Positions 53,881 to 64,000 of a DNA stretch of 64,000 nt are shown here, piece by piece. The position numbers were made by a program, and so were the translations under genes. This DNA is from Vicugna vicugna. Lineage: Eukaryota. The notes beneath the pieces were generated by a model, which did no database searches, had not been told where the DNA came from, and was given only the letters and a program-made list of their open reading frames with translations. Position 1 is the first letter of the stretch. The number at the start of each line of letters is the position of its first letter. Where the stretch lies: the NCBI GenBank assembly GCA_013265495.1, contig MU057651.1:558001-622000 (forward strand), read 5' to 3'.

Positions 53881-54190
53881 CTAGAGCAGTGCTGTCCATG
53901 AAACATATAACGTGATCCATACTTTAAATTGGGGGGGAAACTATATTTAAAAACGTTAAAAGGTGAAATTTTAATAATATATTTCTTTAACATAATGTAT
54001 GTAAAATATTATCATTTTAACATGTAACCAATATACAAGTTATTAATGAGATATTTACATCATTTTTTCATAGCAACTTTTTAAAATCAGGTAAATATTT
54101 CATATTTACACCATATCTCAATTTGGATTAGCCAAATGTCAGGTGCTCAATAGCCACATGGCTACCATCTTGGATAGCAAAGATCTAGAA
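53881..54190. mobile_element. MER33-like hAT-Charlie element
   Basis: ctagagcagtgctgtcca...aggtgctcaatagccacatggctaccatcttggatagc...ctag. A related MER3-like piece lies at ~54685-54811. Confidence 0.7.
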
Positions 54191-56280
54191 TGCTACTTCT
54201 CTATGGATTGTGCATCCTTTCCTATTGTTAGCTCCATCAAAGGCCCAACTAGATTAAAATAAAATCTAAAAGTTAACTTTTGCTTTCCAAGTTCCCTTAG
54301 TACATAATACTGTTTTTTTTTAACCTGTCTTGTGGTGTTAACTTTTTGGACAAAAAGAGAGTTGAGGTTTGTATATGTACTTGAGAAGGCATGGCTTCCT
54401 TACTTAAGTAAAATAACCAGTTCACTAGAAGTTAAGAAGGAAAACCCCAGGTGGGAAATAATGGCTACAGAAGCCAGCCCTGCCCTGTACTTAGGTGAGT
54501 TGAGTAGACATGTACCCTATGTACCCTCTTCAAGCATTTATAACTGTAGACTGTAAGTTCCTTGAGGGCCCGTGCCATTATTAGCGATCTCTGTTTTCCT
54601 AGCACTTAGCACAGTGCCTGGCACATAGTTGGTGTTCAATAAGTGTGTGCTGAACAAATACATTAATTTAAATAAATACACTCTCTCACTTGCACTAGAC
54701 ACATTTCAAGTGCTCCATAGCCACGCATGTCAGGGGCTATCACACAGGACAGTGTAGATGCAGAAGATCTCTCTCATCACAGAAAGTTGTATCAGACAGC
54801 ACTGTTCTAGAGCAATGGGCAGAAATAAAATTTGACTTGTTAGGTTTTAGGGGAACTCTAGAGACAACCAAACCTTTTTTTTTAATGAGCACGTAAGAAT
54901 ACTAGTGATATCAAATGTCAGAGAAAGAATCAAGAGAACAAGTAGGTATCTCTTTTATCCTCCTAGAAAGTTCAAATGCACCATTATGGTTTCTACTGGA
55001 AGAAGGCACTTGGCCACATACTTCTCCCTGAGTTTCTGCCTCCCTCTCAGGGTCTTCTCACCTTGATTCCCACCAGGCACAATCCACAAGTGAGCCCCTC
55101 TGACCCTCTAGTTAAAATGTCTAATGAATGCTTTCCCTTATTTCCCAAGATAAGTCGGCAATTTCAAAAGATATCTTAGTACAAAAGCTGGAGTGGGGGG
55201 GGGGTGAGAAATAAAATATAAAAATCACAAAACAGTCAAGCTTATATACAATATATAATTTTCTGAACCTGTTAATCCCAGGAAAACAGTGAGGTGCTCG
55301 AAGAAATCCTACATTCCCTTATCTGAAAATAGACTCCATTGGCTGAGGGGCTAGCACAATTTTGCAGGCACATAATTAGCTCTATCCTTCTCTTCCCAGC
55401 CCCTTGTCTCAGCCAGGAGCCCTCTGGGGTGCAATCTTAGTTCCCAGCATACAGTAGTTGGTACACCTAAATATCTTGTCTCATTTTCCATTTAAGGACA
55501 TCCCTTAAAAACACTTCATTTCCCTTTAAACAAAACATTTCCCTATTTCAAACCCTGTTGCCTACTCAGGCACTCCTGCTTAGTTTCACACTGAGGCTTG
55601 AGAAACATGCCTAGTCACAGCTGAATTGTAGAACACGTGACTCCCACCTTTAGTGCAAGTGCATGATCTAGCCCCATGGTTTAGCTGATGGTCAGGATTA
55701 TCTAAGGAACTTTTCCAAAGTTCAGATAACTGGGCCCCACTCCAGACTTCTGAATCAAGTTTCTGGCAGCTGGGCCTGGGAATCTTTCTTCTTACAAGCA
55801 TACTAAGTGAAAATGATACACTCCATCTCATTTAGGGACTATTGATCTATTTCCTCCTTACTCGGAGAGTCAACTGTGCCCACCTCTGGATCATTCAATA
55901 AGGGTTTTCCCTATCATCACTTTGTCACTTTACACTTTGACAATGAAACAGGATCTTAAGCATAACATCCATACAGCTGTAGGGGGAACAGGGATAAAGG
56001 GGGTTTTCATACAAGTTTAGAAGTTTCTATAATTCTACTGCTTTTCTAAAGAAATCAGCTTGAATCCTCTAACTTTAAAGGATCAAAGCATCCCTAGATA
56101 ATTCACTGTTAACCTAACAATATTCCAGCAGAATATGTTCCTAGGTTAATTAATGGTCTGCCAGCCAGAAAGGTCAATATTAAGAATGCAAAACATGAAT
56201 ATAACCCTAGAAAATGAGAAGCATAATTTACCAGAAATCTCTGGTGCTCATCTTTTGATATTTCAAATAATAATCACTTA

Positions 56281-56382
<102 letters not shown>

Positions 56383-56929
56383 TTAAATTTATTGATTTCC
56401 TTCCATTTAATACTAATATTTAAGATGCCAGAGTCAATGATAAATAAAACATTAAGGCAATATCTTCATGTGATTTCTATAATTTATATGGATAATAATA
56501 CATTTTATTAAAGTAACAAATAGTAATGTATTAATTAAGCTAGTAGTAATAACCCAGGATGCTTATACTCAAAATTGATGATGCTTGGGAAATAAGAAGG
56601 ACTGGTCATAAAGCCAACATTTATAAAAAAATTCCCATAAAAGGATACTGTAGATTAGGAGATAAAAACATCTCAGGACTTGCACACAGTATTTAACAGA
56701 ATCACTGTCTTCTCTGAATTGGAGTGAAATTGAGTGCTACGCTACATTCAAATTCTGCTGGACAAATCTCTCTTGAGCACTTACTCTGCACCCAGTACTT
56801 CACTAAGGGCGATGGGAGATGGGGATGAGAATGGGTCTAATGAATAACACAGTTTAATCATAAAGTAATGAGGCTTATTGTTCTAAAAAACATACATCCC
56901 TGAACCTAGGACTCCACTAGCATTTCAAA

Positions 56930-57180
56930 AATTTTTAACAGCCTTACTGAGCTCTGATTTCCGTACAATAAAGTTCACTCATTTAAAGTGTACAATTCAA
57001 TTGCTATTAGCATTTTTTTAGAGTTGCACAAATTTACTAAATTTCACCATGATCTAATTTTAAAACACTTTTATCATCCCACAAGAAATCCTCTACCTGT
57101 TATCAGTCATTCTCGATCCTCTCTTTGCTTCCCAACCCATCCTTAGGCAACCACTAATCTACTTTCTATTTCTATAGGTT
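56930..57180 (-). mobile_element. L1MB-like 3' end fragment
   Basis: aaagtgtacaattcaa...ggcaaccactaatctactttctatttctatag; boundaries are approximate. Confidence 0.7.
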
Positions 57181-57379
57181 GTTCCAAACATTGTGGAGTA
57201 AATCTATAAGCCACACAAGAAAACCATTAATTTATCATGTTTGGCTCTGGGAAAAAATATTGGTTTTGTTATTTCAAAATATCAAATTCACTACTCAGAG
57301 GATCAATACTTCTCACCACTCAAAATAAATGTAAAAGAAGTAACATTGACTCTTCAATGCAATGCTCAAATAGGTACAG

Positions 57380-57547
57380 AGAGGGAGAGTAGAGCTTAGT
57401 GGTAGAGTGTGTGCTTAGCATGCATGAGGTCCTGGGTTCAATCACCAGGACTTCCATTACAAATAAATAAATAATAAACCTAACTACCTCCCCCTTCAAA
57501 AAATGCTTAAAAATAAATAAATACCCCCCACAACACACACACACACA
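57380..57547 (+). mobile_element. Camelid Vic-1-like SINE with compound A/(CA)n tail and 12-bp TSD
   Basis: A/B boxes present; TSD aaataggtacag (57368-57379) and aaataggtgcag (57548-57559). Confidence 0.87.
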
Positions 57548-57789
57548 AAATAGGTGCAGTTTTATTCTGTGCCAAAGCAGCATCATGGAATTGGGGTTCA
57601 GTTCTCAAGTGGACTATGTTGAAGGGAATCATTCATTTGGATGCTTCTGGTCCTCCTTTCTTTCTGGAAGCAAATATCAGTATCATTACCTTTGAGTTCT
57701 ATCTTACTAATGTGGCCTCTATTCAAAGAAGTGTAGAGTCAGTTAGTAAAACAAGAATTACACACGTGAACTAATCAAGAGAAGGTCTA

Positions 57790-58720
57790 TGGAGTCCATC
57801 TCCTAATTGTCACTCTTCTCCATTCCCTCCTCCTCATGCCCATGGCCACTGCCCTTGTTCAGGTCCTCAACATCTCTTGTCCAAACAATTGCACTAGTTA
57901 TTTTTGTTGTTGTTGCTTGGGCTATTCCAACAGCCTCCTAATCGGACTCACAATTTTCAGCTTCTGTCCACTCGAGTCCAAGCTCCACATCTCTGTTAGG
58001 ATGCTCTAAGTGCAGACCTGACCATGTGATTCTCTGGTTCAGGAGCCCCTGAGGCTTCCTCAACACCTACAGGATAAAGCTCAAACTCCATGGCATGGAA
58101 TGCAAGGCTCTTCATATCTGGCGCTTGTTTCATTCTCCAGCTCATCTTCCCTACTTCCCCACAAGAACGTTATGCTCTCACCCTAACAAATGCTCATGAT
58201 CAGATCCTGCTTAATGGTTTGGCTTACTCTCTTGAAACTCCAGTCCCAACATCTGCCACCAATTCTTTATGCAAGTGGCACTGAGTAAGTTAAAGGGCCC
58301 AGGCATCTGCCTTCATATCTTCTTTACGTGCTATTCTCTCCCTGGAATGTCCTTCTTAAGTTTTCTTCCTGGCAAGTTCTTCATCATGCTTCAACTCAGC
58401 TTCAATTTTTGCCTCTTCTAGGAAGCCTTCCCTGATTTTTTGGAATAAAGTCTGCAATTTCCCTTCTCTGTACTACTATTATACTTTCTCTCTCTTTCTA
58501 CTTCTTCTTTTGCTTTTTTTTTATTGCTTTTGCTCTTGCTCTCCTCTCTACTTAATATACCATCTATCTATCTATATCTATGTATTTGACATCCCCTTAT
58601 AGACTTTGTCTTAAGGATAGGAGCCATGTCATATTCATCTCTGTATCCTCAGTGCCTCCTCATATAGTGCTGGCTGTGGAATATATTGGTTCCTCAATAA
58701 ATGTCTGTTGAAATAAACTC
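57790..58720 (+). mobile_element. Degraded L2 LINE 3' region
   Basis: cctacaggataaagctcaaactcc...aggaagccttccctga...ctcaataaatgtctgttgaa, the characteristic L2 3' end. Confidence 0.65.
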
Positions 58721-59265
58721 AAATAAAAGTAGAGGTTTCATTTCGTAAATGCCCCATATTGTAAGATAGGGGTTAAAGAACGTATTTTACTTGAGTTATA
58801 GCTAAATAATACCATTAACTTAATGATTTCTGAGTTGCTATTTCAAATTTCAGATTGTCTCACAGATTTCTATATCACTGAGAACTATCCTCATTCAGGT
58901 CAGCTATTCATGGTTAAGGATCTGGACTTTTAATTTTTTATGAAATGATGATTCTAAAGCCACTTGAAACCATAGTTTTATTAAGCAGTTTAAAGTCTTC
59001 TAAGAAAGTTACAACACTATTAAGTTGCTGAGCAAATTCTTTTCCATAGGCTGAACAAAAGCAAACAAGTTTCTGAGTTATGACCAATTCCAATTGGCAG
59101 GGTTTAATTAATGAGGTTTCATGGTAGTAAATTATCCAACCTTTATTTCCATGGTATGCAGGATTAAAACAATAGCAACAACTGGAAATAAATCCTTCCT
59201 TGAGGATTACCAAAAGACAACCATTTTGGTGAGACTCTGCTTCTGAATTAAACTGCTATTCAAAT

Positions 59266-59322
59266 AAAATGGCGTCCCCACGCCCATTACCGTTCACAGG
59301 GGAGTGCTGCCACCTACTGATG
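59266..59322 (-). promoter_or_regulatory. Candidate YY1 + KLF/SP + CTCF motif cluster
   Basis: AAAATGGCG (59266-59274), CCCCACGCCC (59276-59285) and minus-strand CATCAGTAGGTGGCAGCAC (59322-59304). Confidence 0.55.
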
Positions 59323-60384
59323 TTAGGCAAGTGAACAGGAGGCCTTGTTTACAATTCCGAGTTACAAAACAAGCTTTTAAAAGTCTTTCATCACAGCCAT
59401 TATCATTTGCTCTCATAAATTACACTAAAGAAAGGAAAAAAAACATCATGACACAATAGGCATAAAGTGACAAAAATTAGCCACTCCAAATCAAAAGGGA
59501 AAACATGATAGCACTACCAGGACAACAACCAAATTTCCTAGTAAGAAACAATTTCCTAATTTCCCAAATAAGAAAAAAAAACCATTCACTTTAAAGTACA
59601 AGGGTTTACGAAATCACTCAATACTAGTATTTGAAAATAGGGTTCATGATGTGGTTCAATGGCAGAAAAGTTCATCAATGTATTCTCCTACATATTATTA
59701 AATAAACTACGTGGAACTCCAACCATAAAACGATCCTCTCTTTGGCATAATGAAGGTTTTGATTTCTGAGAAAAAGCAAAATAATTCTCTAAACTCATAC
59801 CAGCTCTACTTGAGGGGGATTAGGAGAAAGAGTTTCGGGAATGCTGGGGGAGGGGAGGGACAAGAGGAAGAGGTGATTGTGACGTCAAGGAGAGGGAGGC
59901 TGAAGACAAATTTCCTGCATTGCACAATTTTACTGACAGTCAGCGCCTTTTGAAAACGTTCACTAAAATGTAGGGGTTTCTTTATTTTCCAACAGATTCA
60001 GACCAGACCACAATGAACAAGCCAGACCCAGGCTATCTGTCTGTGTAAAGCTAAAAGATGACCTGTTCATTTCAGCCATTAATGATCCTACGGTCTGGCC
60101 CCCACAGGAAGAAGACTAGCTGAAGGTGAGGCCACCCACCGCTCTTCCCCATGCTTATGGAGGGGTCCACTCTGGTACAGGCTGTAGGCCATTCCTCTAC
60201 TCCCTGTCCCCCTTTCCCCTCTCCTTTGCCTCTCAGCACAAGCTCCTTTACTCCCTCTCCAAGCTCCAACAGGAGACTTGATTCCAAGGCCCTCCTCAAT
60301 GACTTGTGTACACGGACCATACATCTGGGATTATTACTGGTTTCAAACATTATGTCCCAATGGAAGACCTAATGCCCCAATTTT

Positions 60385-60553
60385 GGTTTTCAAAATTATT
60401 TTATTTTTGTTATTTATTTATTTATTTATTGGAGGAGGAGTAATTAGGTTTATTTATGTATTTATTTTTAGAAGAGGTACTGGGGATCGAACCCAGGACC
60501 TCGTGCGTGCTAAGCATGTGCTCTAACCCTTGAGCAATATCCTCCCTTTCTCT
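60385..60553 (-). mobile_element. Camelid Vic-1-like SINE with 13-bp TSD
   Basis: B box GGTTCGATCC and (AAAT)n tail; TSD atgccccaatttt at 60372-60384 and 60554-60566. Confidence 0.88.
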
Positions 60554-60619
60554 ATGCCCCAATTTTTTATATTGAAAAATATGTTTTCTCTCATTGCAGA
60601 AAAAATAACATAATAATTC

Positions 60620-61250
60620 TAAGCAACTATTTATTGTGCTAGATGTGTCTTACATACTTTACCTCATTTGGCTCTCACAAAATCCAAATTATATCAACAC
60701 TATCATCTCCATTTTTCAGATGAAGAAACTAAATTTTAGAGGAGTTGAGTGACTTGCTTGAGGACACACAGCTAGTCTGGGTCTCTGACTCAGACTCAGT
60801 CATGATTTGCTTCAAAGTCTGTTGTATTGCATTATCTTATTAAGGCTTTATACTCATGTATTAAAATAGTAGCTACCATTTACTGAGCACCTACTGTGTA
60901 CCCAGTACCGTTGCTGGAGCTTTCTACATGCATTATTCTCACTGAATTATCATAATGCTCTAAGGTTGGTACATTAGTTATCATCTCCATTTTTCTTAAT
61001 GAGGAAAAAGAGGTCCAGAAAAGTTAAGTAACTTGCCCAAAGTGACATAGCTGGTAGCAATGGGCTTGCGATGTGAATCTGGGCCTTTCTGACTCCAATA
61101 TCTGTCCTCTTAGTCATAGGTTGGGCTACATACAATCCATCCTACAGACAGGGTCCTGAAATGTAAATATGATTCTGATTCTCATTTGACAGATAAGAAA
61201 CTGAGGTTCAGAGGGGTTAAATAACTTGCATAAGGTTACACAGCGAGTGA
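60620..61250 (-). mobile_element. Cluster of three co-oriented MIR SINEs
   Basis: MIR cores at ~60715, ~61000 and ~61190 (e.g. acagataagaaactgaggttcagaggggttaaataacttgc). Further MIRs at ~5980, 32660, 41245-41545, 43770, 44790, 45600, 51205 and 61900. Confidence 0.72.
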
Positions 61251-62239
61251 CAGAGAGAGGGCAGACAGAAGGTGATGGTGGAGCAGAAGAAAGAAAGATT
61301 GACTTTGCAGACTTTGCAGTAAAGCTGAGCCTGGATCTGCTTCATGAAAAGTATGCCTCCATTTCTCTGCAGGTGTGCCCTGCCGAGATCTGTAAGCACA
61401 AGGTAGTGTAGGTGGCACACAGGCTAAAGCGAAAAAGATTCTCCCTAGACCCAAGTATTCTCCAGTAGAGGGGAAAAAACCACTTAATCCTTAATTTAAA
61501 ATGTAACCAAAGGTAGCTTTCCCTTCTTCATCATGTTGCTCGGTGTAGGGCAGAAGAAACAACAAATGATAAAGACCACAGCTCCAGGACCATCACAGTT
61601 TGCAAGCAAAGCAAGATCTTGGCTCCCCGAAATAATGCTTGTTTCTCTGTCAGTGAACTTAAGAAAGTTCACTATAATAAATCTACTGAGATTTGAAATG
61701 ATTATCAAATGATCATTTTAATAAAGTGAGGCTTGTTAGATTTTTAAAATCTGATACAATCTCCTAGGTCATGTGAAGTAAAGGAACAAAAATTGAGGCA
61801 ATTGTCTGAATACTCAAATGGAAATTATCCAGGTAATTCCTTCCCTTTTACACAAACAGACAATTGGCATATACAGAAGCGAAGTGGGTAATGGAAATGG
61901 TATAGGCTTCAAAGGCAAACAGATTTGAGCTCCAGCTCTGGCTCCGCCACTCATTAGTTTGGAGATCTGGTCACTTCAGCTTTCTGAGGCACACTCTCAC
62001 TGCTCTGTAAATTGAGGATGTGAAAATTCACCACAAGAAATTAGTGTGAAAATTAAACCTGCAGAGAAGGTGCTCCATAAATGGGAATTATTCCTGTTGT
62101 TATTATAGCAAACAGCTGGTATGAGCACTAGAGGCTTATTTCATTACGTCTAGTAAAGTCAGTTGGCTAAAAGCCCTCAGTTCCAGTTCTGAGCGCTCAC
62201 TGACAACAGCAACCTAAATCTTTGCTTTTCCCAACACCT

Positions 62240-62462
62240 CTGTCTCAGATTGTCTCAACATCAGCACTGCTGACATTTGCGGCTGAATAATTCTTTGTCA
62301 CAGAGAAAGGAGGGAGGCTATCCTTTGCATTATGGTTTAGAAGCATCCTTAGCCTCTATCCACTAGATGCCAGTAGCATTCCCTGTGTTGTGACAATAAA
62401 TGTGTCTCTAGACATTGCCAAATGTCCCCTGGAGGGCAGAATGGCCCTACGACCACCTCTGC
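62240..62462 (+). mobile_element. MER20 hAT-Charlie element
   Basis: gcatccttagcctctatccactagatgccagtagca...tgtctctagacattgccaaatgtcccctggagggcagaat matches MER20 as recalled. Confidence 0.85.
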
Positions 62463-63637
62463 AGAGTCCTCCCCGTGCCCTACAGCTTGCACGGCTCTCT
62501 TCCTTCTCTGAGTGCTTTTAGACGGACAGTTGCATGAAACAAGACGGCCTCCTATTCTCGAATTGTATCATGCTATTAAATCTTATCTTCCAAATAAAAT
62601 TATAAGTTTCTTAATGGCAGGGAATTGTTTCTCTACTGTTTCCTCCAAAGAGTCTGGCACAGAACAGACAAATAGAAACCCAGTAAAGGTGTATTTCTTT
62701 GCTCATTTTTTTCACCCATTCAATCAACAAGCATTTGTTAAGTGCCTTTATGTACCAGGCACTTAATTGAGCTGAATGTATCGGAAAAGAAGACACACTC
62801 TCTGCCTGTAAAAAACTCACAGTCTAGTGAAGGAGACAGACAAGTATGGGGTGATATTTGCTGTGATAAAGGCAGTAAAGAAGAAGCTCCCTTAACTCAG
62901 ACTGGGAGAGACAAGGAGGGCTTTCCTGAGGAGGCATCTTTTGAGCTGAGTTTTGAAGGATGAGTAGGGGTTAGTCAGACTGGAGGCACTAACTGCAATA
63001 AGTAGCAATTTGTTAGATGCTTTTGTAGTATGAGTTTAATGAATATGCCTCATAGACCTTTGACTCTTTTCAACAGAGAATTTATTTAGTTTCTTAAAAT
63101 CTCTTTGACCCAGAAAGCTAACGGGAAGGGGAGTGTTTCGTAAAACAGAGTGGGTGTACACTAATGACACTGTGGGAAGGAGGCTTTGAGCATTTGCTGG
63201 CTCTGCCTCCCTGTCCACATAGCAATGTTCCTAAATTAAGAGAAAAGGCTATTTTATTGTGACTGTCCATTTTGAGGTTGAATTATCTATCATGATTGAT
63301 CAGGTGGGGGCCCCTGGAGTATGATCATAAGATATTTTTCATCAGACTGTTTGATCCCTTTTGGGGGTATAATCTTAAAACTTACTACTTAGTTCATTTT
63401 GTGATGTTTTCTCCTTACTTGATTTTTTCAAGTGAAAATATTTGGTTTCTGTCAGATTAGGAATATGAGGGAGGGGATGCTCTGCAGTACACGGTGAGTC
63501 TCAAACTTTTTATCTTGTGACTTCAGGGAGCCTGGAGTTCATGCAAGCAGGGTTAAAATTTTAAACGTTCAATTCCCACTCTAGGTGGCTTATGAAAAAC
63601 CTTCCCATGAAGTAAGTAATGATGGCAAAAAACTCAC

Positions 63638-63803
63638 TTAGCTTCTCTAGGATCTCCTCATCTGTCATCTTGGATTTTTTCCTTTGCCGATCTGTGTTTC
63701 TGTACAAAGTACTGGAGTTGGCGTTCTCAGCAGAAGGTGGTGTGACTTCTTTATTTGGTGCCGCTGGTGAAGCAATGGACTCAACCACGGAACGAGTGTA
63801 GAT
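63638..63803 (-). CDS. PAK3: PAK3 coding exon (166 nt): [55 protein letters not shown](R)
   Basis: Acceptor ctctaag|ATC, donor CTAA|gtgagt; ends in phase 1; overlaps ORF 63561..63788. Confidence 0.96.
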
Positions 63804-64000
63804 CTTAGAGATAAGATATTTTGTTACACATTAAAGGCAAAAATAATGCTACAATGGATAAACTTACATTTGACACATCATAATCACCCAAAGTCCATAG
63901 TTGACAAATGGCTCACTCTTATTAATGTTGTACATTCTACGGGTTTGGAAAAATGGATAATCAGGTGCATCTTTCATTATGGTATCATACAGAATATCTT

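Noticed and set aside
63619..63801. Plus-strand ORF overlapping the PAK3 exon (also 20546-20794 and 35238-35648)
   Set aside because: These are antisense shadows of real coding exons.

Overview
This is mammalian genomic DNA, not prokaryotic. Vic-1-like tRNA-derived SINEs and camelid-type L1 3' ends point to a camelid, and the locus is X-linked in eutherians. The window holds the 3' part of PAK3 (p21-activated kinase 3) on the minus strand. Nine coding exons (63803 down to the TAG stop at 17208) all have GT-AG boundaries and splice in frame to 1035 nt (344 aa plus stop), covering the linker and the complete kinase domain. A probable ~6.6-kb 3' UTR follows, with proximal and distal AATAAA signals. 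About 2.4 kb beyond the distal signal, on the plus strand, lies an old intronless and disabled retrocopy of glutamate dehydrogenase GLUD1 (~6.7-8.1 kb); the ORF track captures only a small piece of it. The rest is intronic or intergenic sequence filled with L1, L2, MIR, CR1, DNA-transposon relics and five lineage-specific SINEs. The most interesting observations are the GLUD retrocopy (several codon-sized indels, missing C-terminus), an L1 with a twin-priming 5' inversion, a 36-bp dispersed duplication, a convergent CTCF motif pair with a YY1/KLF cluster, and a homeobox-motif-rich intronic element. I found no evidence of a wholly new biological system. Repeat family names and human protein comparisons come from my memory of the sequences and need confirmation by RepeatMasker or BLAST.
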